49,767 nucleotides of DNA from a virus. Lineage: Duplodnaviria > Caudoviricetes. Under the pieces are notes generated by a model. That model worked only from the letters and a program-made list of their open reading frames with translations, did no database searches and was not told the DNA's origin. The position numbers were made by a program, and so were the translations under genes. Every line of letters begins with the position of its first letter. The stretch's first letter is position 1. This document shows positions 1-8,880 of this stretch, one piece after another. The DNA lies in IMG/VR virus record IMGVR_UViG_3300024246_000008, positions 1 through 49,767 of that record. One strand, written 5' to 3'.

Positions 1-320
1 GATGCGGCGCGCAGCATCGTGTGGTGCGCACGGCCGTCCTTGTCCGGGGTGTACTCCACGAACCGGGAGTGCGGCGCCTCGGCCGTGACCATCGCCGCGG
101 CCCGGTCCTTGCGCCGGCCGCCGTCGGTGGTGGAGCTGACCGTGATCGAGTCGCGGTACTCGCCGGGGTGACGGTCGCCAGATCCGTGGCCCACCGGGGC
201 GATCTGCCGGGCCCGCGCGGCGATGCGTTCCGCGCGCTGCAGCATCGCATCCTTCATCGGGTCGGACTTGAGCAGCTGCCCGACACCGCGCTTGTCCATC
301 GTGAACCGCGCGCTGCCCAT
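1..320 (-). CDS. HK97 gp10-like neck/tail-completion protein, 5' part; continues across the junction to the stop at 49633
   Basis: Read by hand: AAGGAGG RBS, ATG at 320, MGSARFTMDKRGVGQLLKSDPMKDAMLQRAERIAARARQIAPVG...GEYRDSI...AEAPHSRFVEY; lies between head-closure and tail-terminator genes. Confidence 0.75.
   Translation of the reverse strand, partial: MGSARFTMDKRGVGQLLKSDPMKDAMLQRAERIAARARQIAPVGHGSGDRHPGEYRDSITVSSTTDGGRRKDRAAAMVTAEAPHSRFVEYTPDKDGRAHHTMLRAA
4..113. repeat. Terminal direct repeat (circular assembly overlap), copy 1
   Basis: 4-113 matches 49658-49767 with one mismatch (104 g vs 49758 t). Confidence 0.95.
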
Positions 321-330
321 CGCAGCCTCC

Positions 331-666
331 TTAACCGGTGATGCGCGTGAGCCGGACCTCGATGCCCGGCCTGCGGCGGGTGAACGGGCTTCGCCAGTCG
401 CTGGGCGTGCCGGTGACCTCGTACAGGTCGCCGCGCACCCGCATCCGGCTGATCGCGGTGACCGTGACCGGCGCGCCCGGTGGAACGAGCACGCTCAGGC
501 CGGCGGTCACCAGGTCCTGGCCCTGGACCATCTCGGTGCTGCCGGTCGGCCACACCGGGCAGCCCGGGATATCGGTCTCGATGTCGCCGAGCACATCGTT
601 GCCCAGGGCGTCGCGTCCGGTGACCTCCCGGGTGATCGCCGTGACGGTCTCACCGCGGGAAGCCAT
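331..666 (-). CDS. Head-to-tail stopper/closure protein
   Basis: GRDALGND...RMRVRGDLYEVTGTPSDWRSPFT, typical of actinophage head closure proteins; synteny. Confidence 0.75.
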   Translation of the reverse strand: MASRGETVTAITREVTGRDALGNDVLGDIETDIPGCPVWPTGSTEMVQGQDLVTAGLSVLVPPGAPVTVTAISRMRVRGDLYEVTGTPSDWRSPFTRRRPGIEVRLTRITG

Positions 667-1108
667 AGGACCACGGCCTCCTGGGTAGAGCGGTGGCCTG
701 CCGGTCGCCGACGATGCCGCCCGGTCCCCCGCCGAGGCCGGCGCCGAGCCGCGCGGTCCCGATCCCGATGCCGGTCGGCGCCGGGGCGATCGTCGCGAGG
801 TCCTCGTCGGTGACCGTGAGGCGCCCGATGGCCTCGGTCAGGTCGTAGGTGATCGATGACGGCCCCACCGTTTCCTGCCGCACACCGTCGAGGTTGCGCA
901 GCACTCTGATGACCATCTGGACCGCGACGAGCTGCGCGAGCAGCGGATCGAGGGTCCCGTTGGCGATGCGGGCGTCGATGTCCGGCTGTTTCTTGCGGAT
1001 CAGCGGCGCGCCGTAGACCAGGAGGACATCGGCCACGGCGCGCTCGTCCTCGTCCCGGAAGGGCCTTAGCGCATCGACATCGTCGGCCGTGGCGAACGGT
1101 GCACCCAT
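650..1108 (-). CDS. Head-to-tail adaptor (Gp19/Gp15/Gp42-like)
   Basis: PFATADDV...MVIRVLRNLDGVRQETVGPSSITY...GRLTVTDEDL; synteny after capsid. Confidence 0.8.
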   Translation of the reverse strand: MGAPFATADDVDALRPFRDEDERAVADVLLVYGAPLIRKKQPDIDARIANGTLDPLLAQLVAVQMVIRVLRNLDGVRQETVGPSSITYDLTEAIGRLTVTDEDLATIAPAPTGIGIGTARLGAGLGGGPGGIVGDRQATALPRRPWSYGFPR

Positions 1109-1117
1109 CCCGGCCTC

Positions 1118-1465
1118 CTACTGCTGATCGGCCGCCTTGACGACCTCGATGATCTGGGTTTTGGTCGCGCCGTCCGGCAGCTCGACGCCGCGCACGGCCG
1201 CGAAGGCCTGCCACACGTCCTTGGTGTCGGACAGGGCCGGCATGCCGCCCGGGGACTGCCCGGGACCGGTCTCGTCCTGCGGATCACCGTCCTGCGGGTC
1301 GGCCGCCTGGTCCTCCAACTCCCATGGCTCGGGCGCCTGCGCCCACGCGCCCGGGTTGGTGATCTTCCGGGCTGCCCAGAGCGGGATCTCGTCGCCGGGC
1401 CCGAACACGTGGTTGGTGCTCTGGTCGTCGCGCACGTGCACGTGGGAGGCGAGCTGTCCGGGCAT
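1118..1465 (-). CDS. Small capsid-associated protein with C-terminal helical (HeH/Rho-N-like) motif
   Basis: Likely start ATG 1465 overlapping capsid stop; LASHVHV...VFGPGDEIPLWAARKITNP and TKDVWQAFAAVRGVELPDGATKTQII. Confidence 0.6.
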   Translation of the reverse strand: MPGQLASHVHVRDDQSTNHVFGPGDEIPLWAARKITNPGAWAQAPEPWELEDQAADPQDGDPQDETGPGQSPGGMPALSDTKDVWQAFAAVRGVELPDGATKTQIIEVVKAADQQ

Positions 1466-2499
1466 CAGGCGACCGTCCCGACCCACAGGCGCCGCGGGTC
1501 GGTGATGATCGGCATGCCGACCGCCGCGACCTTGGTCCAGGTGCGCATCGGGTCGCCCTCGCGGATGGTCAGGGCGATCAGGCCCGGAGCGTCCTCGATG
1601 CTCAGGTTCAGCTGCGGGTCGGTGGACGACGCGAGCTCCAGGGCCTCCGCGGTGACGCCCCAGGCGGTGTAGCCCAGGTCGCTGGGGTTGGCCGGCGTGA
1701 GGATCGCGACATTGGTGGGGATCGGACGCACGGTGGTGCCGTCGACGTCGATACGGGTGTTGTACTGCACGATCTGCGGCAAGTCGTACTGGTCCAGGAC
1801 CGACTGCAGCTGGGCCGGGGAGACCAGCGCCGGGGTGCCGATGGCGGTGGCCAGCAGCCCGCGGATCTCCGCGCTCTGCAGCAGGTAGGTCAGCACCTGC
1901 CGGCTCACCCGCAGGTATCCCGGCGGCTCGCCGACGTCGTCGATGTACTGGTTGGTCCAGGCGCGCAGGTCGTCGAGCGGGGCGGCGTGGGCGGTGTCCG
2001 ACCACAGGGTGCTGCTGGTGACCAGGTGGCTCGGGTCGATCCCGAAGTCGGCCTCGACCACCAGGCCGTTTTCGTTGATGGTGACCTTGCCGTCCACCAG
2101 GGCGTCGCCGCGGGCGACCTCCATCCGCGCGAGCACCGCGCGCGTGTTGGTGGCCGCCTCATCGTAGATCATCTCGACGAGCCGGGTGTCGTTGAATCCC
2201 CCGCTCTGCAGCTGCTGCAGCAGCAGGCGCTCCTGCTCACCCATGACCGTCTTCTGACCCACGGGCGGCAGCTGGACGCGCGAGCGCTGGAACGCGTCGC
2301 GCTTTCCGATCGGGGTCTCCGCGTCGTAGGCGCGGAATTTGGCGGCGCGGTTGGTGCGCAGCACGACGTCGATCGCGGCCTCGACGTCGCCGATCTGCCG
2401 GTCGGGCAGCACCTGGTTGAGGGTGTAGGTCATCGGGCCGGGCATCTCGCGCACGAAGCCGGTCAGGACCGTCGGCGGGATCAGATCAGCAATGATCAT
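1465..2499 (-). CDS. Major capsid protein (lambda E-like family)
   Basis: 344 aa; AAKFRAYDAETPIG, ARMEVARGDALVDGKVTINENG, TWTKVAAVGMP; follows scaffold and decoration genes. Confidence 0.88.
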   Translation of the reverse strand: MIIADLIPPTVLTGFVREMPGPMTYTLNQVLPDRQIGDVEAAIDVVLRTNRAAKFRAYDAETPIGKRDAFQRSRVQLPPVGQKTVMGEQERLLLQQLQSGGFNDTRLVEMIYDEAATNTRAVLARMEVARGDALVDGKVTINENGLVVEADFGIDPSHLVTSSTLWSDTAHAAPLDDLRAWTNQYIDDVGEPPGYLRVSRQVLTYLLQSAEIRGLLATAIGTPALVSPAQLQSVLDQYDLPQIVQYNTRIDVDGTTVRPIPTNVAILTPANPSDLGYTAWGVTAEALELASSTDPQLNLSIEDAPGLIALTIREGDPMRTWTKVAAVGMPIITDPRRLWVGTVA

Positions 2500-2514
2500 G
2501 GCTGTGGTCTCCTG

Positions 2515-3228
2515 TTACCGGACGACGATCCGACCGGCGAGGTCGGTGATCGCGTTGGGGTCGATGCCGGACTGTGACGGCAGCTTCGACTGGATGATCG
2601 TTCCGTGTTCGAGCAGCGCCGCCCCGAACTTCGTCGAGCCGCGCGAGACGTCGATGGTGCTGAACAGCAGGCCCGCGGCGACCTGGCGGCCGTCGCCGCT
2701 CCCGTCCGCGCCGCCGGCCGTGGTAGTGGCGACTGTGACGCCCGGGGAGGTGCCGCCGGTCAGGCCGGCGCCGGACGCGGTCATTTGCGCGACGTCGGTG
2801 TTAGCCAGGGTGCCGATGAAGGTCACCGAGTACGGGCCGCCGGCGTTGCCGGTCACGGCGACGTTGCCGGCGCCGATGCTGGACAGCGCCTGCAGCGCGG
2901 TCTGCACCGCGGCCGCGGTGGCGTTGTACGCGATTGCGGCGGTGGTCTGGCCGACGAAGGTCAGCGTGAACGTTCCACCGGTCGGGCCGCCGGTGACCGT
3001 GACCGACTGGACCTCTTCGGTGGTGCCGGAGTACGGGCCGTACAGGCCGCTTGAGGTGACGCGGCCCAGGACCATCCCGGAGGGCAGGTAGCCGGCCGGG
3101 TAGTGCGTGGTCGAGCTGAACAGGCTCAGGTCCAGGGTGATGGTGCGGGTCGCGTTCGTGCCGAAGGCCGAGCCGAGCCAGCTTCGGTCCTCGATCGCGA
3201 ATACGTCCGTGTGGACGGCGATATCCAT
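2515..3228 (-). CDS. Head decoration protein with inserted ~100-aa beta-rich domain
   Basis: EDRSWLGS...GYLPSGMVLG...GLYGPY and DGRQVAAGLLF...LLEHG halves flank an EVQSVTVTGGPTGGTFTLTF...TVATTTAGG insert. Confidence 0.75.
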   Translation of the reverse strand: MDIAVHTDVFAIEDRSWLGSAFGTNATRTITLDLSLFSSTTHYPAGYLPSGMVLGRVTSSGLYGPYSGTTEEVQSVTVTGGPTGGTFTLTFVGQTTAAIAYNATAAAVQTALQALSSIGAGNVAVTGNAGGPYSVTFIGTLANTDVAQMTASGAGLTGGTSPGVTVATTTAGGADGSGDGRQVAAGLLFSTIDVSRGSTKFGAALLEHGTIIQSKLPSQSGIDPNAITDLAGRIVVR

Positions 3229-3279
3229 GTGCTGTCTCCTGTGAACGGATGCGTGCCCTGGACCGGGATGCGGTCAGGG

Positions 3280-3963
3280 CTATGCGGTGGGGGCGCCGCC
3301 CGCTGGCGGCTGGCCGAAGCGCTTACGGGCTTCAGCTCGCCCGGCTTCGATGCCGGATGGCCGGCCGGCGGGCGCGAAGCGCCCCTGTCCCAGATCCGGG
3401 CGCGGCGCCGGGGCCGGCGGCGCTCCCGAGGGTGTGGCCGTGGTGGCCGGGGCGATCTGCTCGACGAACGCGGCCACCCTGGCGGTGTCCACGCTCACGC
3501 CGTCCGCGCCGAGGAACTTGGAGCGGTCCAGCCCGGCCAGCAGTGCGGTGCGTTGCTCGTCGGTCATGCGTCCGGCCGTGGCGGCCGCGAAGTGCGCGTC
3601 CACCAGCTGGGTGGCGGCCTCGCGAAGAGCCAGCGTGCGACCTTCGGCCCTGGCGGCCTCGATCGCCTTCTCCTGGTCGGTCTGCGTCGCGGCTTTCAGC
3701 GCCGCGAGTTCTTGCGCCAGCTGCGCCTTTTCCGCCTCGGCTTGCAGTTTCGCCGCGCGCTCCTCCTTCTCCCGGGTCTCGTGCTGCCGGGAATAGTGGT
3801 GGTGGTAGGCGGCCCGCTGTGCGTCGTTCATCTGCTCGACCGGTGTGTTGGGCGGGAAGCCGAGGTCCACCGGCGGGGCGGGCGGCGGCGCGGGCGGCGG
3901 CGCGGGTGCCGGAGCCGGAGGCGCCGCGGGAGCGGGTGCGGGCGGCTGGGGTGGGTAGGACAT
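3280..3963 (-). CDS. Capsid scaffolding protein
   Basis: Pro-rich N-terminus, GFPPNTPVEQM...AAYHHHYSRQHE, coiled coil TDQEKAIEAARAEG; upstream of capsid genes. Confidence 0.8.
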   Translation of the reverse strand: MSYPPQPPAPAPAAPPAPAPAPPPAPPPAPPVDLGFPPNTPVEQMNDAQRAAYHHHYSRQHETREKEERAAKLQAEAEKAQLAQELAALKAATQTDQEKAIEAARAEGRTLALREAATQLVDAHFAAATAGRMTDEQRTALLAGLDRSKFLGADGVSVDTARVAAFVEQIAPATTATPSGAPPAPAPRPDLGQGRFAPAGRPSGIEAGRAEARKRFGQPPAGGAPTA

Positions 3964-3971
3964 GCGGATTT

Positions 3972-4005
3972 CCCCTGTCGGGTGGTGGTGGTTGCCCCTG
4001 GCGGG
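3972..4005 (-). promoter_or_regulatory. Tandem CCCGCCAGGGG / CCCGACAGGGG motif over the scaffold RBS
   Basis: Same tandem motif precedes terS (8688-8723). Confidence 0.5.
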
Positions 4006-4036
4006 CGTCCCGCCGAGGCGGGAAGTCAGGTGTCTG

Positions 4037-4867
4037 TCAGGCGGCGTTCGGCAGGTCGCCGGGGCCGCGGAACGCCTGGCCGTGCAGGCCGAGGACCGGG
4101 CCGAGCTCGCCGTGGTGGTGCACCGTGATCCGGACTTTCGCGAGGTCCTGGCGGCGGGTGGATCCCGCGGCGCCGTAGAGGGCGTCCAGGTCCGCGGCGT
4201 TCAGCGAGTGGCCCGGGTCCTGGCCGTCGACGATCGGCGCCGTCAGGCAGTTGCAGCGGTCGTGGACCGGCAGCAGGTCGGCCTTGCGGTAGATGCGGTC
4301 CGCCGCGGCGATGCACAGCCCGCACGTGCCGCCCCGGGAGGCCTCCGGGCGGATGATCCGCCGGTAGTGGCTGATGCCGCGCTTGGTCATGAACCGGCGG
4401 GACTGGGCGCGCATGGCGAGCGTCGTGTCGGTGTCCGCCATGATCGCGGCGCGCTGGCTGGTCAGCTTCAGTGCCCCGGCGTCGTCCAGGCCGATCGAGC
4501 GTTGGTAGCGGTAGTTCTCCGCCAGGCGCTTGTAGACCTCGGCGTTCGGGGCGCCGCGTAGTGCCGAGACATCCACGGTGCCGGTCGGCGCGATGCGACG
4601 GCCGAGCATCAGGCCCGTCATCCGGGCTAGATAGGCGTCGGTGACCGCCGCGGTGTGCCGCTGCGCGCCGGCGACCTGTTGCCCTATCGCCGTGGCCATC
4701 GCGGCCACGGCCTGGTCGTCGTACCACTGCGCCTGGCCCATCGCCGCGATCCGGCTGGTTGCGGCGAGCACCGCCAGGCGCGCGAAATCGGCGCGCGAGG
4801 CTGACTGCGCGGCGACCAGGGCGTCGAGCTGCTGCTGCGTTGTCACGCCCGCACTCGGCCTGGCCAC
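4037..4867 (-). CDS. MuF-like minor head protein (often annotated capsid maturation protein)
   Basis: YRRIIRPEASRGGTCGLCIAAADRIY...LLPVHDRCNC; between portal and scaffold. Confidence 0.72.
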   Translation of the reverse strand: MARPSAGVTTQQQLDALVAAQSASRADFARLAVLAATSRIAAMGQAQWYDDQAVAAMATAIGQQVAGAQRHTAAVTDAYLARMTGLMLGRRIAPTGTVDVSALRGAPNAEVYKRLAENYRYQRSIGLDDAGALKLTSQRAAIMADTDTTLAMRAQSRRFMTKRGISHYRRIIRPEASRGGTCGLCIAAADRIYRKADLLPVHDRCNCLTAPIVDGQDPGHSLNAADLDALYGAAGSTRRQDLAKVRITVHHHGELGPVLGLHGQAFRGPGDLPNAA

Positions 4868-4868
4868 C

Positions 4869-6392
4869 TCAGCCGCCTGCGCCCGCAGGTGCGGGCGGCG
4901 GGGCGGCTGGTGGCGGCTTCGGCGGAGCCGGCGGTGTCGGCGCGCCGGCGATCGGGGCGGGCACCTCGACCTGGGAAGATGCCTGCGCGGCGATGTTGAG
5001 CGACGTGCGCGCAGCCAGGATCTGGTCGTCGGCGCGCTCGCCTTCCATGCGGTCCACGTCGCTGGGCGTGAATTCCCAGATCTTCTCCATCTTCGTGCGC
5101 CATGGCACGTCTTTTGCCTGCGCCGCCGCCGCGCCGCGCTCGGCGAGGGACCGGCGCTCGGGCGGCTCCCACAGCAGCTGCGCCGGGCGCACCATCGGGT
5201 CGGGGCGCCCAGCCCACAGGTTGGCGAGCGTCAGGACCCTGGCCCACGGCACCGACAGCCGCTTGATCCGGTCATCCGCCTTGAAGACCAGGCCCTCGCG
5301 GGCCAGGGCGGCTCCCTCGGCCGACTGGTTGGCGCCCTCGGGCATCAGCACGTGCATCGGCGTGCGGGTGACCGCCGCCAAGTGCATGATGTCGTCTTTG
5401 GCGGCGCTCAGCATCCCGTTGATGTCGCCCTGCGCGGACTCCCACATCTCCGCGTCCGCCGGAAGCTGCCAGAAGGCACCCGGGTCGGCGACGAAAATCT
5501 CGCTGTAGTCGATCTGCTGCCCGGCTTTCGCGTGCCCGACAGGGTAGGTCTGCGGTAGGCCCTTGATGGCGCGCTGCCGGAACGCCTGCATCACCGAGAT
5601 GATCACGCGTTGCAGGATCGTGTGGTTGATCCGGCCCAGCAGGTCCATGTGCAGCTCGAACTCGCCGACTCCGCCGCCGTAGTTGACGAACTCGACCATC
5701 GGCACGGCTTTGGCCAAGGCGGGTGGCAGCTTCTGCACGATCGGAACATCGTCAGGGCCGGAGTTCCAGGACCAGGCCTCGGGCGCGAACGAGTACGAGC
5801 ACTGTCCTTCGACCGGGCACGGGCGCCACGCGGTCCAGATCTCGCCGGGCAGATAGAGGTACAGCAGGTCCCTGGCGACGATCGGGTTGTGCATGAACTT
5901 CAGGCCGGCCAGGGTGCGCTGCGGCATCTCCGGGTCCTGCTCGGTGATCGCGTGCGTCGGCGGCTCATAGGTGACCGTGGGCGCGCCGGTCTCCGGGTCG
6001 ACGGCGTTGACGATCGCGTAGCTGCGCCCGGTGGTCAACATCCAGCGGTGCACGTCGGCCGAGGTCACGTCCAGGCCGGCGTCCTGCCACAGGTCCCAGC
6101 CCTTCTGATCGTCGGTGTCCAGGCCGTCGCCCGCCGCGCGCAGGCCGACCGGGATGACGCGCTCGCGCAGCGCCTCGACAATGAGGGAAGCGAAGTTCGA
6201 GCGCGACAGGCCGAGCAGCGCCACGATGGCCTCGCGGACCTCCGGCTTGACGAACGGCATCGGCGGGGTGCCGGTGTACCAGCTGTCCAGCAGCAGCAGC
6301 CGAGACTGGTGGTCGGGCCACCACAGGCGCTGAGCGAGACGGTTGAGCCACCAGGCAGGGCTTAGCGGGTCCGTGACACCTTCGATCCCCAC
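4869..6392 (-). CDS. Portal protein (SPP1 gp6-like)
   Basis: Start GTG 6392 after AGGAGG; SRSNFASLIVEALRER, GEFELHMDLLGRIN, QAFRQRAIKG, NQSAEGA; downstream of terL. Confidence 0.9.
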   Translation of the reverse strand: MGIEGVTDPLSPAWWLNRLAQRLWWPDHQSRLLLLDSWYTGTPPMPFVKPEVREAIVALLGLSRSNFASLIVEALRERVIPVGLRAAGDGLDTDDQKGWDLWQDAGLDVTSADVHRWMLTTGRSYAIVNAVDPETGAPTVTYEPPTHAITEQDPEMPQRTLAGLKFMHNPIVARDLLYLYLPGEIWTAWRPCPVEGQCSYSFAPEAWSWNSGPDDVPIVQKLPPALAKAVPMVEFVNYGGGVGEFELHMDLLGRINHTILQRVIISVMQAFRQRAIKGLPQTYPVGHAKAGQQIDYSEIFVADPGAFWQLPADAEMWESAQGDINGMLSAAKDDIMHLAAVTRTPMHVLMPEGANQSAEGAALAREGLVFKADDRIKRLSVPWARVLTLANLWAGRPDPMVRPAQLLWEPPERRSLAERGAAAAQAKDVPWRTKMEKIWEFTPSDVDRMEGERADDQILAARTSLNIAAQASSQVEVPAPIAGAPTPPAPPKPPPAAPPPAPAGAGG

Positions 6393-6414
6393 CGTGCCAC
6401 CTCCTGGTCTCTGA

Positions 6415-8076
6415 TCAGCGGATGCGCTTGGGCATGTAGAACTGGCTCTCGGCACCGACGCCGGCGGCGATCGCGTCCTGCCGCGCCTTGCGGGCCAGCA
6501 CCGCGGCGACAATCGCGTCGATCTTGCGCGGGCTGTCGGGGTTGTCCTTCGCGATCTGGATCCCGACGCGGCTGCTGCGCCGGCGTGCATTGAGCGCGTG
6601 GCGCGTCAGCGCGAAGGAGCCGTCGTGGCTGAGCTGCTGACCGATCACAGCCGTGTGGAACTCGTCGAGCATGCGCACGGTGTAGACCGCGCGGCCGCCG
6701 ACCATCCACCAATGCATCGGGTGGTCCCGGCTGGCCTTGACCTTGAGCTGCGAGCTGTACCTGGCCTCGAGGTCGACGATGTAACTCTCCCATTTAGCCG
6801 GGTCCGCGTACATCCCGATGACGGTGTAGTCACGGAACGCCTGGTCGATCGCGGCCAGGGCCTGGGTGACAGGGATCTGCCAGTCCTTGCCAGCCGGACC
6901 GGCCGGCTGTTCGAACACCGCGATCTCGAACAGGTGCGAATCGCTGACTCTGCATCCGATCAGCGCAGTGGCGTCGGTGATCCCGCGGTTGCGCTTGCGC
7001 GAACCGTCGAACCCGAGAGTGATCACGTCGCCCTTCGCCACGACCTTCGCGGCGTCGGTGCACGCGCCCCACTCCGGGGCCGAGAGCCACGCATCGCTGG
7101 CGTGCGTGATCTGGTTGAGGTAGTCGGCCCGCGCGGTCTGCGGGTCGATGTCCGGGTCCCAGATGTCGCCGATGATCCGGTCGAGGTTCACCCAGCCGCG
7201 CCGCTCGCACGGCGGGGTGTGGACGCGGCAGCCGCCGTCGATGTCGGCCGAATCGCCGTAGGCGTAGGCCAATCCGCCAAGCAGGGACTGCCGTTCGGTC
7301 ATGTCGGTGTCGGCCGGCGCCTCACGGTGGTCGTAGAGCAGGCTCTGGTCGCGGGTGCGCCCCTCGCGCATCGCCTTGAAGTACTCGGCGGACGCCTCCG
7401 CGACGCTGCCCTCGCCGGGCGTGTAGGCGTTCGGGCTCTCGATGGTGGTACCGCCGGTCTTGCCGGCGTTGATCCGCATGTTCTTCGCCAGCTGCGGCCC
7501 GCTGTTGCCGGTCACCCATTCTTCGGTCTGGTCCAGGGCGCCGAAGACGATCGGCGCGCCCTTCACAGTGCGCGGCGATGCGGTGATCGCCTCGATCCGG
7601 CCGTGCGGGAGCGTGACGAAGGTGCCCAGCGGCTCCAGGCCCGGGTACGCGTCGATCGCTGGCCCGTCGAGCATCCGCAGCAGCGGCGCCCAGCTGTTGC
7701 GGGTCTGGTCCTCGCTGACCGCGGCCATATGCACCAGCGGCGGCTTCACCATCGCCCACGGCTTGCCGACCGGCTGGCCGTCCGCGTCCCAGCCGTCCGG
7801 TACGACCGGGCCGAGACCCTCGACGGCGCACAGCGCGGCGAGCAGCGGGCTCTTTCCCCAGCCGCGCGGCCTGCCGAGCACCGCGCGGCGGATGCGCCGG
7901 GCGCCGGTGTGCGGGTCGAGCGCGTAGAAGCGCAGGACGAACTCCGCCTGCTCCCGCGTCGGGACGTAGGGCTCATAGTCCGGCGGCGCTGGAGCTGCCA
8001 GGTACTCGGTGATCCACTCCAGGACGAGCCAGCCGAGCGTGGGGACCTCGCCGGGACGGCTAGGTCGCCACGGCAT
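6415..8076 (-). CDS. terL: Terminase large subunit
   Basis: Walker A RPRGWGKSP, AAVSEDQT, Walker B-like ALDQTE, nuclease LGFDGS...DATAL and KIDAIVA. Confidence 0.95.
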   Translation of the reverse strand: MPWRPSRPGEVPTLGWLVLEWITEYLAAPAPPDYEPYVPTREQAEFVLRFYALDPHTGARRIRRAVLGRPRGWGKSPLLAALCAVEGLGPVVPDGWDADGQPVGKPWAMVKPPLVHMAAVSEDQTRNSWAPLLRMLDGPAIDAYPGLEPLGTFVTLPHGRIEAITASPRTVKGAPIVFGALDQTEEWVTGNSGPQLAKNMRINAGKTGGTTIESPNAYTPGEGSVAEASAEYFKAMREGRTRDQSLLYDHREAPADTDMTERQSLLGGLAYAYGDSADIDGGCRVHTPPCERRGWVNLDRIIGDIWDPDIDPQTARADYLNQITHASDAWLSAPEWGACTDAAKVVAKGDVITLGFDGSRKRNRGITDATALIGCRVSDSHLFEIAVFEQPAGPAGKDWQIPVTQALAAIDQAFRDYTVIGMYADPAKWESYIVDLEARYSSQLKVKASRDHPMHWWMVGGRAVYTVRMLDEFHTAVIGQQLSHDGSFALTRHALNARRRSSRVGIQIAKDNPDSPRKIDAIVAAVLARKARQDAIAAGVGAESQFYMPKRIR

Positions 8077-8680
8077 CGGCGGCCGGCTCGGCCTCGTCTT
8101 CGAGCGGGGGGACCAGGCCGAGGATGCCGAGGCGTGCGCGGCCGCCAGGCGTCGGGCCGGCCGGTTCGGCGCTGTGCTCTCGCGCGGCGATCTCCCAGCG
8201 CAGACGCAGCAGTGCGAGGGGAGTCAGGCCGAGGCGGTCGCCGAGCTGGCGGGCTTCCTTCGCCGCATCCAACTCGCCGCCCTCGCCCAGTGCCTGCCAG
8301 CGGGTGTACAGGGCGACGTCGCGCGTCCAGTCGAGCCGTTCCCACATCACGGCCTGCGGCGTACGCCATAGCTCGAACCAGATCCTCAGTTCGGCCAGGA
8401 CGGTGGCCTTGATTTGGTCCTGCAGCAGCGCGATGCGGTCCTCGAGGATCTCGATCTGCCGCTCGATCTCCGGGGTGGGCTCCATCTCGGCCTTGGCTTC
8501 CAGCTTGCCCTTGCGGGCGATCGCGGAGCGCAGCATCGAGGTGAGCCGCAGATTTGGTTGCAGCGGCCACGGCGGCGGCGCGCCCTTGCGGCCCTCGGCG
8601 GGCAGGCGGGTCGTCGCGGGTGATGTGTTGCGCCTCGACCGCCGGTCGGCTGGCTTCGGCGCCGGTCCCATGCCGGCCAT
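8060..8680 (-). CDS. terS: Terminase small subunit
   Basis: MAGMGPAPKP...RRN, WFELWRTPQAVMW, EARQLGDRLGLTPLALLRLRW; immediately upstream of terL. Confidence 0.85.
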   Translation of the reverse strand: MAGMGPAPKPADRRSRRNTSPATTRLPAEGRKGAPPPWPLQPNLRLTSMLRSAIARKGKLEAKAEMEPTPEIERQIEILEDRIALLQDQIKATVLAELRIWFELWRTPQAVMWERLDWTRDVALYTRWQALGEGGELDAAKEARQLGDRLGLTPLALLRLRWEIAAREHSAEPAGPTPGGRARLGILGLVPPLEDEAEPAADAVAT

Positions 8681-8687
8681 GTGCGTT

Positions 8688-8723
8688 CCCCTGTCGGGAG
8701 TGGAATGCCGGTTCCCTGGCGGA
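8688..8723 (-). promoter_or_regulatory. Tandem CCGCCAGGGA / CCCGACAGGGG motif over the terS RBS
   Basis: Matches the motif before the scaffold gene. Confidence 0.5.
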
Positions 8724-8789
8724 TTCCGACAAGGTGATGCGATTTGCCGTATGTGCGCGATGCGGCCTCAGTACTGCGCGCGTGCGCGC

Positions 8790-8880
8790 GCCCGGGAGTG
8801 AAAACTCCCAGACCCGTACACGGGATTTTCCGCAGTACGCTCCCGGCCCTAGTTTTGGCCGGTAGGGGGGTCCCCCGCCC
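8790..8880 (-). other. Candidate cos region; putative 3' overhang CGGGAGCGTAC (8845-8835) followed by TGCGG
   Basis: Upstream of terS; resembles actinophage CGG-type overhangs followed by TGCGG; flanking palindromes CCCGT-AC-ACGGG and GGGAGT-GAAA-ACTCCC. Confidence 0.55.

Noticed and set aside
4869-6590. Portal start at 6590
   Set aside because: It would overlap terL by ~175 bp; GTG at 6392 has a strong AGGAGG RBS
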